Assembly (NCBI GenBank): GCA_964472425.1
Contig: CAYYLF010000001.1
Location: forward strand, 6,595-70,594
DNA length: 64,000 bases
Source: an uncultured Muribaculaceae bacterium
GTDB taxonomy: Bacteria; Bacillota_I; Bacilli_A; RF39; UBA660
Direction of reading: 5' to 3'
Shown here in pieces: positions 39,166 to 49,486 of this stretch (position 1 is its first letter; the number at the start of each line of letters is the position of its first letter). The translations under genes were made by a program, and so were the position numbers. Below the pieces are notes generated by a model, which did not search any database, was not told where the DNA came from, and worked only from the letters and a program-made list of their open reading frames with translations.

Positions 39166-40236
39166 ATGAGACGAACGATGGATGAAAGGCTTAAAATAAT
39201 CAAAGAGAAGTATGTCGAGTTGGAACGCGAGCTTGCCAACCCGGATGTTTTAAGTGACTTTCAGAAATTGAAGAGTCTTTCTAAACAGAAGAGCGACTTG
39301 GAAGAGACGGTCGACAAGTACGATGAGTACAAGAAGTGTTCGGACGACTTGGAAGAACTATATAAGATGAAGAACGACCCCGAGATGGCCGAGATGATTA
39401 AAGATGAAATAGAGGCTTTGGAAAAGAAGAAGGAGTCTTGCACTCGCGAGTTGGAAATTTTGTTGATTCCGAAGGACGAGAATGACGGGAAGAACATCAT
39501 CATGGAGATACGCGGGGCGGCCGGCGGAGATGAAGCGAATATCTTCGCAGGAGACTTGTTCCGGATGTATTCGTATTATGCCGACAAGCAGGGATGGAAA
39601 ATCGAAGTTATCCATGCGGTCGAAGGAGCGAGTGGCGGTTATTCTCAGATGGAATGTATGATAAAGGGAGAAGGAGTCTATTCGAAATTGAAGTACGAGA
39701 GTGGTTCTCACCGAGTACAGAGGATTCCGTCGACCGAGACGCAGGGACGGGTACACACTTCGACGGCGACCGTGCTCGTCATGCCGGAGGTCGAAGAAGC
39801 GTCTATAGAAATAAACGAGGCAGATATAAAGATGGATGTGTATCATTCGAGTGGTGCTGGAGGTCAGTCGGTCAATACGTCCAATTCGGCCGTTCGTTTG
39901 ACGCACATTCCGACAGGGGCTGTGGTTACTTGCCAGACGGAGAGAAGTCAGGTTCAGAATAGAGAGCAGGCCATGCGCCTTTTGAAAATAAAAATTCAAG
40001 ATGAGATTACGCGCAAGCAAGAGGCTGAGATGGGCCGCGAACGCAAGAGCAAGATTGGAACGGGCGATAGGTCCGAGAAAATCAGGACTTACAATTATCC
40101 TCAAAATCGCGTGACGGATCATCGCATCAATTTTTCGGTCATGGATTTGGATGCCGTCATGGATGGCAAGTTGGACCAAATCATCGAAGCTCTCATCACC
40201 GAGGACCAGAGATTGAAATTGGAAGGTCAGAAGTGA
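39166..40236 (+). CDS. prfA: Peptide chain release factor 1
   Basis: GGQ motif (SGAGGQSVNTS) and a PxT-type tripeptide (PST). Confidence 0.95.
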   Translation: MRRTMDERLKIIKEKYVELERELANPDVLSDFQKLKSLSKQKSDLEETVDKYDEYKKCSDDLEELYKMKNDPEMAEMIKDEIEALEKKKESCTRELEILLIPKDENDGKNIIMEIRGAAGGDEANIFAGDLFRMYSYYADKQGWKIEVIHAVEGASGGYSQMECMIKGEGVYSKLKYESGSHRVQRIPSTETQGRVHTSTATVLVMPEVEEASIEINEADIKMDVYHSSGAGGQSVNTSNSAVRLTHIPTGAVVTCQTERSQVQNREQAMRLLKIKIQDEITRKQEAEMGRERKSKIGTGDRSEKIRTYNYPQNRVTDHRINFSVMDLDAVMDGKLDQIIEALITEDQRLKLEGQK

Positions 40237-40985
40237 AAAAGTTTAACGAAGAAAAGATGACTATGCTCGATTATAATCTTTTGAAGGAACGGTATTCCGA
40301 AAGTGAACTCGAGCAGGTTTTAGCTAAAATCGACGAGGATTATCCGGTGCAATATGCGATAGGAAACGTCGACTTTTTAGGTTGCGAGATAGATGTCGAC
40401 GAGAGAGTTTTGATTCCGAGGTTCGAGACGGAGTTGTTGGTACAAGAGTTAATCGACTACATGAGTAAATACGGTTTCGAGAAGGTGAGAATAGTCGATG
40501 CGTGCACGGGAAGTGGATGTATCGCCATCGCTTTGGCTAAGCATTTTGAGAATGCAGAAGTATGGGGAATCGATAAGAGCGAAGATGCTCTCGATGTCGC
40601 TCGAGCGAATGCGGCGAAAAACGGAGTCGAGATAACGTTCTTGAACGAGGATGTGCTCGAAGGCATAAAATTTCCTTGTAAGTGCGACGTGTTGGTTTCA
40701 AACCCGCCTTACGTTCGGAGGGACGAGAAGGTGAGTGCAAATACGAGATTCGAACCATCGATGGCTTTGTATCCGGTTGGGGATGAGCTAATCTTTTATA
40801 GGCGGATTTTGGAAGACGCTTCCGATAAACTTGTGGCTCGGAGTATAATCGCTTTCGAAATAGGAAGCGAGCAAGGATTACGAGTTTGCGAATTGGTCCG
40901 AAAGTTTTTTCCGGATGCAGATGTTCGGCTCGAACAGGATTATGCCGGACTTGACAGATTCGTTTTCGTTTTCAATAGAATTTGA
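40233..40985 (+). CDS. prmC: Release factor glutamine N5-methyltransferase PrmC/HemK
   Basis: NPPY motif (VSNPPYV) and a SAM-binding site DACTGSGCIA. Confidence 0.9.
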   Translation: MKKFNEEKMTMLDYNLLKERYSESELEQVLAKIDEDYPVQYAIGNVDFLGCEIDVDERVLIPRFETELLVQELIDYMSKYGFEKVRIVDACTGSGCIAIALAKHFENAEVWGIDKSEDALDVARANAAKNGVEITFLNEDVLEGIKFPCKCDVLVSNPPYVRRDEKVSANTRFEPSMALYPVGDELIFYRRILEDASDKLVARSIIAFEIGSEQGLRVCELVRKFFPDADVRLEQDYAGLDRFVFVFNRI

Positions 40986-41034
40986 ATAAGTAATACATAT
41001 TTTCTCCATTACTTTAATGTAAGGAGATTTTTAA

Positions 41035-41550
41035 ATGAAACAGTTAGTCATTTTAATCATAATAGCAGTGGGCGTCGTCTTATTGGGTAGAGGTACTGAG
41101 TATGTCGAGATTCCCTCGTCTTCTATAAGAATGAGGGTCATCGCGGCAAGCGATTCGGATGTCGATCAGGCCGAGAAGCGAGTCGTGAAGTCGTTCGTCG
41201 AGGAGAAATTGTACGAGCTCATCGAAGGAGTTGATGACGAAGGCGAAGTCGAAAGGATAATTTCAGAAGCGAAGGACGAAATCGACGAAGAAGTGTCGAC
41301 GAAGATGGAAAAGGCCAATTTGAAGGTGTCTTACAGTTCCAATTTCGGGTACAATTATTTTCCCGAGAAGGAGTTCAAGGGCTTGACGTACAAAGCCGGG
41401 AATTATAAGTCGTTCGTCGTCACTTTGGGAGAAGGCGAAGGCGAGAATTGGTGGTGCGTGTTGTATCCGCCTTTGTGTCTCATCGATGAGAATAAAAGTG
41501 AATATGAGTATCATTCTTTAATAAAAGACACCATCTTAAAATATAATTAG
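41035..41550 (+). CDS. spoIIR: Stage II sporulation protein R-like (SpoIIR family)
   Basis: Signal or TM segment. Conserved NWWCVLYPPLC motif. Lies next to prfA-prmC, as in B. subtilis. Confidence 0.6.
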   Translation: MKQLVILIIIAVGVVLLGRGTEYVEIPSSSIRMRVIAASDSDVDQAEKRVVKSFVEEKLYELIEGVDDEGEVERIISEAKDEIDEEVSTKMEKANLKVSYSSNFGYNYFPEKEFKGLTYKAGNYKSFVVTLGEGEGENWWCVLYPPLCLIDENKSEYEYHSLIKDTILKYN

Positions 41551-42102
41551 ATGGTGATTTTTTTGAACTACTTTGTCATCGTGGCAATCGCCATTTCGCT
41601 TTCGATGGATGCCTTTTCTATGGCCATGTCAATCGGGACTTTGAGATTATCTCGCAAAATCAATTTAATGCTTTCCGTATTGGTCGGGGCATTTCATTTC
41701 TTCATGCCCATGCTCGGAACGGCGTGTGGGAACATATTTTTTAGAAGTCTACACGTCGACATGCACATTTTATCGGGAGCAATATTCTTCTATATAGCGA
41801 CCATGATGTTTAAAGATTTCAAGAAGGAAGAAGAGACTTTCAAATTGTCCATCGTCGGGGCTGTGATGTTCGCTTTAGGTGTCAGTCTCGATAGTTTTGG
41901 GGTAGGTTTTGCTCTTCAATTGACGTTGGGAGAATGCATTCGAAGTTTTGCAATTTTCACTTGTTGCAGTGCGACCTTCACTTACGTAGGATTAGAACTA
42001 GGAAGATTTTTATCTTCTTTAGTCGGAGATTATTCGGTGTTGGTGGGAGCTGTGATTATGGTTTTGCTCGGAATATTCAATTTTTGCCACGTTTTGTTTT
42101 AG
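41551..42102 (+). CDS. MntP/YtaF-family (DUF204) membrane protein, putative Mn2+ efflux
   Basis: Six TM helices and the SMDAF motif. Confidence 0.65.
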   Translation: MVIFLNYFVIVAIAISLSMDAFSMAMSIGTLRLSRKINLMLSVLVGAFHFFMPMLGTACGNIFFRSLHVDMHILSGAIFFYIATMMFKDFKKEEETFKLSIVGAVMFALGVSLDSFGVGFALQLTLGECIRSFAIFTCCSATFTYVGLELGRFLSSLVGDYSVLVGAVIMVLLGIFNFCHVLF

Positions 42103-42207
42103 TTGTCGGTATAGGGATAATTTTTTCACAAAAATTTACGAACTTTTGTCAAATTTTTGGCTCTTTTTTGTGGCTATTCCTCGTTTCGTGTTTTATACTG
42201 AATTTAG

Positions 42208-43072
42208 ATGGTGAAGGTACTCACATGTCTTTCGCGTCGCAGGGCGGTGATGAAGTTGAACAAAGAAAATAAGACAGTCGTACAGGCGAAGTTTTTGCAC
42301 AATTTCTTCGTCACTAAACTGTTGAGAGACGAGAGTTTGAAAGATTATCTTCAATTTGATTCTACACAAAGCGACTGGTGTAGCTCTCGAGAAAATAAAG
42401 AAGGACTTCAGACTTCTCGACATAAAGATAAGCAAGGCTAGTGGCATCAAAGACGAAGAAGTAGACTTGATTGCCAAGTGCGACGAGTATATCTTCAACA
42501 TAGAGGCCAATCGTTTGAACAGAAAATACATAATAAAGAAGAATACCTCCTACATTTGCAATCTAATCATGAGACAAACCGAAAACGGAATTAAGACGAA
42601 TTATCAGAATATAAAGGGAGTATATCAAGTGTGTTTGAATCTTTATGACCATTTCAGAGTAGGAAAGTTCGTATATAATTCTACTATTATGGAAAAAGAC
42701 TTACGACTTTCTAGAACGGACCTGGCAAACATTACAGATATAGACATAGATAAATTATCTAAAATAGATTATAATACTATCAAAGAGAAGAAAGACTCGC
42801 TCGAGTACTTGCTGTACATATTCGCGAACAGTAATCACGAAGAATTAGACGAAATATACGAAGGAAGTGAAATTATGAAAAGAGTAAAAGAGAAAGCGTA
42901 CAACTTAGAAAAGAATGCCGACAGATACCTGATATACAGTCACGACGACATGATGAAGGCCATCGGTGAAGAAGAAGGAGAAGAAAGAGGCCAAGAAAGA
43001 GAAAAAATAGCAAGTGCCCGCAAGATGCTCATGAGAAAATTTGAAATAGAAGACATAATGGACATCACTTGA
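42208..43072 (+). pseudogene. Frameshifted Rpn/YhgA-like PD-(D/E)XK nuclease and putative transposase (77-aa N-terminal ORF plus 238-aa ORF in the +1 frame)
   Basis: The two overlapping ORFs are in different frames (42208-42441 and 42356-43072). The C-terminus EGEERGQEREKIASARKMLMRKFEIEDIMDIT has the Rpn-family tail. Confidence 0.45.
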
Positions 43073-43401
43073 CTACCCTTAGAAAAGATAAACGAGATAA
43101 AGAAAAGTATACTCGAATTTCCAGAATAAAAAAGTCTATGCGTATGTGATGGTGAGAAATTGACTGGTTTAGAGACCGATAAAGGTTGAGAGTGGAATTA
43201 CAATAATGTGTTTGCCATAATTTAGTATCGAAGATACAGAAGTTTTGGGTGGTGGTAGAACCTTTCGTATCTTATTCCAATTTATTTATTCGATAAGACC
43301 GATGTATCGCTTTTATTTTTGCTCGATATGCGAATTGCTTGACCCTTTTTGTAGAAAAAGATATACTTATATTGATTTATTTTAAGAGAGGAAATAGTAA
43401 T

Positions 43402-45693
43402 GTGAATGAAGTATGCAAAAAAATATTTGCTTTTTTAAAAGAAAAAGGAATCATAATCGTATCTATCATATCGATATTGCTTATCTGTTATGTTCATTCT
43501 GTGAGGGCATCTTATTCGGTCGATTTTATACCCATTAATGGAACGTTTCAGAATTTTAATGTCGTAAGAAGGTTATTAGATGGGCAGGTACCCTTTAAAG
43601 ATTTTTCGATATATTTAGGATTAGGGCACTTGTTTTTGGGAAGTTTTTTTACCAGTTTTTTCGGAGGAAGTTTTTCTAGTAGTTTGGTGGCTTTTTCTTT
43701 TCTAGCCAAATTGGCTTTATGCGCACTTTCTCTAATCGTAGGTAAATGTGTATTGGGCAAAGACAGTCGAGTACCTTATACGATAACAACGGTAGTTTTA
43801 ATCGTTACGATATTACTAGAAGATGCGGAATTATACGAAGTGCCCATCATAAAAGATTTTATAGTTTCTTTGACGGCGGGATTGAGTACAGGCAATTCGG
43901 CGAGATTTTTGAGAGGTATGATTTTGCCTTTGGTAATCGGATTAACTTACTTTGCGTCATGGTTAATCGATGTGTTAGCAAAAAAGAAAGAATGGAAAAA
44001 TAAGACGGTCGATAATTTAAAATTAATTATTGCTTCTGTTATTGCGGGGGTTTCGTTTCTCTGGAGTAACGATTACGGCATAGCCTGTTTCGTCTGTTAT
44101 GTCATTATGCTCTTAGTATTGACTTTTTTCCGAACGAGAAGTTTATCGAGAACGGCAATAACTTTTGCAAAAAGCATGTCCATTAGTGTGCTCGCCGTGT
44201 TCGTCGTCGTATTTATAATTACGCGCGGCAACGTCGGGTCTTGGTTACTCAATATGCTCGGGACAGGTGGTACACAGGCATGGTATTACGGGGTTAGAAA
44301 GGTCGAGAAGTCGTTTTATTTGTATGATATAAACTTCGACTTTTTGGCAAGTCTCGTCGGGATTATGTGTCTATATTATTTTTTTGAATTACTCAAATCA
44401 TCTCTTAAAGGCGATGGGAAAATAGATTATAGGTCTTCGATACTTTGTTATATGACCATGACTTCTTATGCGGCAATCAATGAGTATAAGTTGTTGAGCG
44501 GAGGGTCTCTTACCGAGGTCGCTTATTCAGTTTTGTTTTTTATATTAATATACGAAGTTTTAGGTTGGTTAATAAAGATATCGAAAACGAAAAAATGGGA
44601 AAGTTTTCTGCTCGTCGGTGGTTCGATTTTCGGTTTCGGATTTCTCGTGTATGGTGTATACGATACATGTAATCTCTTTAAGATACACGATAAATGCGCG
44701 TACGTCGATGAGTTGGGAGGATATTTGTACAAGTATCGAAATAGTTTGAAGGATGCCCAGGAATTGCTAGGTGAAGAAAAGGTGTTTTCGACTTATGCTT
44801 CGGCATTGGAGACTGTTACGAGTCAGTTTCAACCGTCGGGAATAGACTACATTATACATGCCTTGGGCGACCAAAAAAGGGATGCGTATATGGATACGTT
44901 TAGAAAAGGCGACTTTAGGTATGTCACGACCATAAGAGAATGTGTATCCGACTATGCATATTGGATTAAGAATGCCAATTGGTTCTTTTATAGGGAATTG
45001 TACGACAATTATGTTCCAGTTTATAGTAACGAATACGAAATATTTTGGGAGAAAAGTGACGAGGTCGGCAAGATAGAAAATGACGATATAGATGTCAAAA
45101 TAGAGAAGATAGATGAATCGAATGCGATTATCAAAGTTAAAACCGACGAATCGGTGAGCGGCATAGCAGATGTAAAACTTCGTTATGCCATCAGGCGAAC
45201 CGATAATTTATCGGCAAAATTGGTCATGAACAAATTTTTGTTTTTAGATGATGTGAATGAACATTATTTGCAAACGTATATGGATTTTAGTAGATGGTTC
45301 TTACCATCCGAAAGTGAAGAGTATGTTCCAATTACAATCATCGATGGTGAAGGCGAACTTCTTCTGTCGAGTTTACCTTCAAAGGATACAGTTTTAGAAG
45401 TAGAGTCGGTCTCTTGTGATACGATATATACTACGTATTTCGATTTTGCTCAACTAGAGAAAAATTTTCATGTCGACCAAAAAGAAGGAGCTGTAACGGT
45501 GTTAGTCGAAAATGAAAAGCGAATACGGTATGTTTTGGAAGGTGCAGAAAAAGCAATAATCGGCAGTAAGCAATTCAAAATTTTGAATATAAATTCGAAT
45601 CAGGATATGTACACGATAACTCTCGATTACGAAGGTAAAGACGATTTTGCGGATGTTCTCGATGGGACAAATATTTTATTCGTCAAGAATTGA
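43402..45693 (+). CDS. Large polytopic membrane protein (about 12 TM helices plus a roughly 330-aa C-terminal extracytoplasmic domain); putative GT-C-type glycosyltransferase
   Basis: GTG start with a GAGAGGAAA RBS; the ORF-track 5' extension has no Met. Function inferred only from context. Confidence 0.55.
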   Translation: MNEVCKKIFAFLKEKGIIIVSIISILLICYVHSVRASYSVDFIPINGTFQNFNVVRRLLDGQVPFKDFSIYLGLGHLFLGSFFTSFFGGSFSSSLVAFSFLAKLALCALSLIVGKCVLGKDSRVPYTITTVVLIVTILLEDAELYEVPIIKDFIVSLTAGLSTGNSARFLRGMILPLVIGLTYFASWLIDVLAKKKEWKNKTVDNLKLIIASVIAGVSFLWSNDYGIACFVCYVIMLLVLTFFRTRSLSRTAITFAKSMSISVLAVFVVVFIITRGNVGSWLLNMLGTGGTQAWYYGVRKVEKSFYLYDINFDFLASLVGIMCLYYFFELLKSSLKGDGKIDYRSSILCYMTMTSYAAINEYKLLSGGSLTEVAYSVLFFILIYEVLGWLIKISKTKKWESFLLVGGSIFGFGFLVYGVYDTCNLFKIHDKCAYVDELGGYLYKYRNSLKDAQELLGEEKVFSTYASALETVTSQFQPSGIDYIIHALGDQKRDAYMDTFRKGDFRYVTTIRECVSDYAYWIKNANWFFYRELYDNYVPVYSNEYEIFWEKSDEVGKIENDDIDVKIEKIDESNAIIKVKTDESVSGIADVKLRYAIRRTDNLSAKLVMNKFLFLDDVNEHYLQTYMDFSRWFLPSESEEYVPITIIDGEGELLLSSLPSKDTVLEVESVSCDTIYTTYFDFAQLEKNFHVDQKEGAVTVLVENEKRIRYVLEGAEKAIIGSKQFKILNINSNQDMYTITLDYEGKDDFADVLDGTNILFVKN

Positions 45694-45702
45694 TATAAAA
45701 AA

Positions 45703-45740
45703 ATTCGAAAACTTTGGGACACAAGTTTCGAATTTTTCTT
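45703..45740 (+). terminator. Rho-independent terminator (ATTCGAAAACTT...AAGTTTCGAAT followed by TTTTTC)
   Basis: 11-bp stem followed by T-run. Confidence 0.6.
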
Positions 45741-45762
45741 TTAACATTAATTTTCGTTTTCC

Positions 45763-45791
45763 TTGACCTAATCAGTTAAAAAAGTTATACT
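45763..45791 (+). promoter_or_regulatory. Promoter TTGACC, 17-nt spacer, TATACT for the glycosylation operon
   Basis: Read directly in the sequence. Confidence 0.45.
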
Positions 45792-45827
45792 AAATTTGTG
45801 AGATGATAAGGAAGGATGTAGTGTTTT

Positions 45828-46760
45828 GTGAAGAAAGTGCTCGTTGGATATACGGGGTTCGTCGGATCAAATATTTGTGAGCAAACGAATTTCGATTTTT
45901 TATATAATAGCAGCAATATAAAAGAAGCATACGGCACTAGACCGGATTTGCTCGTTTACAGTGGGGTTCCTGCCCAAAAATTTTTGGCCAACAAAAATCC
46001 AGAGAAAGATTCTTCTTCGATAGATGACGCGATTGAAAATATACGTCTCATAGACCCAAAAAAGGTTATTTTGATATCGACTATCGATGTCTACAAGAAT
46101 CCTGTAGGAGTAGATGAGAATTCGAAAATAGAAAAGGTCGGTTTGGAAGCTTACGGCAGAAATCGCCTTCGTTTAGAGGAGTGGGTCAGAGCCAATTACG
46201 AGGATGCTCTCATCGTACATCTTCCAGCTTTGTACGGGAAAAATTTGAAGAAGAACTTTTTATATGATATGATTCATATAATTCCGAGCATGATTATAGA
46301 AGATAAGTTTTTAGAACTAGCGAAGAGCGATGCGAGTTTGCTAACTCACTATACGAAGGACGAGAACGGTTTTTATAGGTACGATAAAATTCCCTATCGC
46401 GAAGAGGAAAAGAAGATGAAAGAATTTTTTCAAAAAAGCAATTTTACAGCTTTGAATTTTACCGACAGTCGAGCGTCTTATCAATTTTATAATTTAAAGT
46501 ATTTGTGGAAACACATCGAAATCGCTTTAGAAAACGACATAAGAGTTTTAAACTTGGCGACCGAGCCTATAAAGGCGAGCGAGGTTTATTCTTATGTAGA
46601 AGGAAAAGATTTCAAAAACGAAGTGGCGGCGAGTCCTATTAGATACGATTTTAAAACCGTATACGACGAGGTGTACGGTGGAAAAGATGGATACATCTTC
46701 GATAAGGATTTTTTGCTTCGCGATATCGCGGAGTTTATAGGGAGCGAAAGAGATGCGTAA
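45828..46760 (+). CDS. NAD(P)-dependent sugar epimerase or reductase (Rossmann fold GYTGFVG)
   Basis: N-terminal GxxGxxG motif. Sits in a sugar-modification operon. Confidence 0.55.
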   Translation: MKKVLVGYTGFVGSNICEQTNFDFLYNSSNIKEAYGTRPDLLVYSGVPAQKFLANKNPEKDSSSIDDAIENIRLIDPKKVILISTIDVYKNPVGVDENSKIEKVGLEAYGRNRLRLEEWVRANYEDALIVHLPALYGKNLKKNFLYDMIHIIPSMIIEDKFLELAKSDASLLTHYTKDENGFYRYDKIPYREEEKKMKEFFQKSNFTALNFTDSRASYQFYNLKYLWKHIEIALENDIRVLNLATEPIKASEVYSYVEGKDFKNEVAASPIRYDFKTVYDEVYGGKDGYIFDKDFLLRDIAEFIGSERDA

Positions 46761-47547
46761 GTTCAAGTATGCTATTTCCAATATAGGTTGGGATAGAGAA
46801 TTCGATGAAGAGATGTACGTTTTCTTAAAAGAGGCTGGATTTGTGGGACTAGAAATCGCTCCGACGAGAATATTTGAAGAGAGTCCTTATGAAAAATTGG
46901 ACGAAGCGCGTGCATTCAAAGAAAATATCGCTTATAGATACGGATTAGAAGTGTGTTCTATGCAGTCGATTTGGTTTGGAAAAATGCAGAATATATTTGC
47001 AAATAAAGAACAGAGAGACGAGTTAATCGAATACACGAAGAAAGCCATCGATTTTGCCGAAGCAATCGGATGTCCAAATTTAGTTTTCGGTTGTCCACGC
47101 AATCGCAAGATGGAATCAATCGACGAGAAAAATTTGCAAGTCGCGAACGATTTCTTTAACGAAATCGGAGATTACGCTTCCAATAAAAACGTCGTCATAG
47201 CGCTCGAACCGAATCCGGCTATATATGACACGAATTTTTTGAATACGACGAGCGAGGCTATAGAGTTCGTAAGGAGTCTCAACAACGATGCGATTAAAAT
47301 AAATTGTGATTTAGGGGCAGTCATATACAACGAGGAGAATATCGATATCATTTTGGAGAACATCGACATTGTAAATCACATACACATCAGTGAGCCGAAT
47401 TTAGTTTCCATCGTTCGTCGAGAAATGCACAGAAAATTGTTCGATGCATTAGAAGTAGTCGGATACGGCAAATACGTCTCGATAGAGATGAGAAAGAGCG
47501 AGATAGAGGTAGTCGAAGAGGTAATAGAATATGTCGGGAATATCTAG
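46753..47547 (+). CDS. Sugar phosphate isomerase/epimerase (xylose-isomerase-like TIM barrel)
   Basis: Family pattern recalled from memory; moderate confidence. Confidence 0.5.
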   Translation: MRKFKYAISNIGWDREFDEEMYVFLKEAGFVGLEIAPTRIFEESPYEKLDEARAFKENIAYRYGLEVCSMQSIWFGKMQNIFANKEQRDELIEYTKKAIDFAEAIGCPNLVFGCPRNRKMESIDEKNLQVANDFFNEIGDYASNKNVVIALEPNPAIYDTNFLNTTSEAIEFVRSLNNDAIKINCDLGAVIYNEENIDIILENIDIVNHIHISEPNLVSIVRREMHRKLFDALEVVGYGKYVSIEMRKSEIEVVEEVIEYVGNI

Positions 47548-48358
47548 AAAAGAAGTGAAGATTATGTATAAGAATATCGCAGGTGTACCAAATTTTGAAT
47601 GTCACGAGTTTGCTAAAAAGAAAAGAGATTATTGTCTTTGCATTCCCATCATCAACGAAGGTGAACGCATAAAAAAAGAGTTGGAAAGAGCGTTAGAAAG
47701 CGGTGTGAAAAATTGGGTGGATATCATCATATGCGATGGCGATTCGACGGACGGGTGCACAGAAGAGAATTTGCTTAAATCGTTAGGTGTCAATACTCTG
47801 CTCGTCAAGAAGGACGAAGGTAAGCAGGGTGCTCAACTACGAATGGGATTTTGGTGGGCTTTGGAAAGAGGCTACAAGGGAATAGTCACCATCGACGGGA
47901 ACAACAAAGACAGTATCGAAGATGTTTCCGCGTTCGTCGAGAAGTTGGAAGAAGGATACGATTTTGTGCAGGGTTCTCGATTTATCGTAGGTGGCGAGGC
48001 CATCAACACGCCTCTTATTAGAACGTTATCCGTCAGGCTCATCCATGCTCCCGTCATATCTTTGACAGCCGGTAAACGGTATACGGATACGACGAATGCT
48101 TACAGAGCTTATTCGAGAGCATATTTGAATCACGAGGCGGTAAGACCGTTTAGAGATATTTTCATGACATACGAGTTACTAGCATATTTGTCAGTTCGAG
48201 CAGATCAACTCGGGATGAAGACTTGCGAAATACCGGTTAGAAGAGAGTATCCGAAGGATGAGAAAACTCCGACGAAGATAAGTTTTTTCAAAGGGAATTA
48301 TCAGCTTTTAAAGATACTTTTCTGCAATATGTTCGGAAAGTATAAACCTAAGGATTGA
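47531..48358 (+). CDS. Family-2 glycosyltransferase (polyprenyl-phosphate sugar synthase-like)
   Basis: GT-A motifs CIPIINEGERI and DGDSTDG and a QGSRF segment. Confidence 0.6.
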   Translation: MSGISRKEVKIMYKNIAGVPNFECHEFAKKKRDYCLCIPIINEGERIKKELERALESGVKNWVDIIICDGDSTDGCTEENLLKSLGVNTLLVKKDEGKQGAQLRMGFWWALERGYKGIVTIDGNNKDSIEDVSAFVEKLEEGYDFVQGSRFIVGGEAINTPLIRTLSVRLIHAPVISLTAGKRYTDTTNAYRAYSRAYLNHEAVRPFRDIFMTYELLAYLSVRADQLGMKTCEIPVRREYPKDEKTPTKISFFKGNYQLLKILFCNMFGKYKPKD

Positions 48359-48364
48359 TGGATT

Positions 48365-49486
48365 ATGAAGTACGATAAAATAATTATAGGCGCGGGTATA
48401 TACGGTTTGTATGCAGCTTCGTTTTGTGGCAAAAAAGGGGAAAGGGTATTGGTTCTAGAAAAAGAGAGTGAGGCTTTCAATCGAGCAACTTACATCAATC
48501 AGGCGCGGGTGCACATGGGGTATCATTATCCCAGGAGTTATTCGACGGCAATCAAGTCGGCTAACTATTTTGAACGATTCAATGAGGATTACGATTTTTC
48601 AATTTTGAAAGAGTTCGACCAGGTGTATGCGACATCTTCTAATTTCTCATGGACGAGTGCCGACGAATTTGAAAAGTTTTGTCGTAATGCAAATATCGTC
48701 TGTGAGAAAATAGCGACGAGCAAATATTTTAACGAAGGGGTGTGCGATGGGGCTTTTTTGACGAAAGAGTACACTTACGACGCCCGTATATTGAGGGACT
48801 ACTTTTTAGAGGAGATAGCTAAGTTCGACAATGTCGACATAAAATACGATTCCAAAGTAATTGCCATCGAAAAGCACGAGAGGACTTACGAGGTCATCTT
48901 GGAAAATGGCAATTCGTTCGAGACGGGGTATTTGCTCAATGCGACGTATGCAGGAGTGAATCAGATTCTTTCGATGCTCGACTTGGAGCACTTTAAAATA
49001 AAGTACGAACTTTGCGAGATAATCTTGTGTAAGGTAACAGAAAAATTTAAAGATGTCGGTATAACAGTTATGGATGGTCCTTTTTTCTCGATTATGCCAT
49101 TCGGCAAGACGGGATATCATTCCTTGACCGCCGTGACGTTCACTCCTCACAAGACATGCTACGAGACTTTGCCGGAGTTTGAATGTCAAAATAGGAGCAA
49201 GGGATATTGTACAAAATACGATTTGGGAAATTGTGATAAGTGCATCGCCAAGCCACAAAGTGCTTGGCCATATATGTCCAATTTGGCTAGGAAGTATTTG
49301 AAAGAAGAGTACGGGTTCGAGTATGTGAAGTCGCTTTATTCGATGAAACCGATTTTGAAGGCTTCCGAAATAGATGATTCGCGGCCGACGATCATCAAAG
49401 TATTCACGACTAATCCAACTTTCGTAAGTGTTCTATCAGGAAAAATCAATACAGTATACGATTTAGACGAGGTGTTAGAGTTATGA
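48365..49486 (+). CDS. FAD-dependent oxidoreductase (Glf/DprE1-like, with a Cys-rich insert)
   Basis: N-terminal dinucleotide-binding motif IIIGAGIYGLYAA. Confidence 0.55.
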   Translation: MKYDKIIIGAGIYGLYAASFCGKKGERVLVLEKESEAFNRATYINQARVHMGYHYPRSYSTAIKSANYFERFNEDYDFSILKEFDQVYATSSNFSWTSADEFEKFCRNANIVCEKIATSKYFNEGVCDGAFLTKEYTYDARILRDYFLEEIAKFDNVDIKYDSKVIAIEKHERTYEVILENGNSFETGYLLNATYAGVNQILSMLDLEHFKIKYELCEIILCKVTEKFKDVGITVMDGPFFSIMPFGKTGYHSLTAVTFTPHKTCYETLPEFECQNRSKGYCTKYDLGNCDKCIAKPQSAWPYMSNLARKYLKEEYGFEYVKSLYSMKPILKASEIDDSRPTIIKVFTTNPTFVSVLSGKINTVYDLDEVLEL

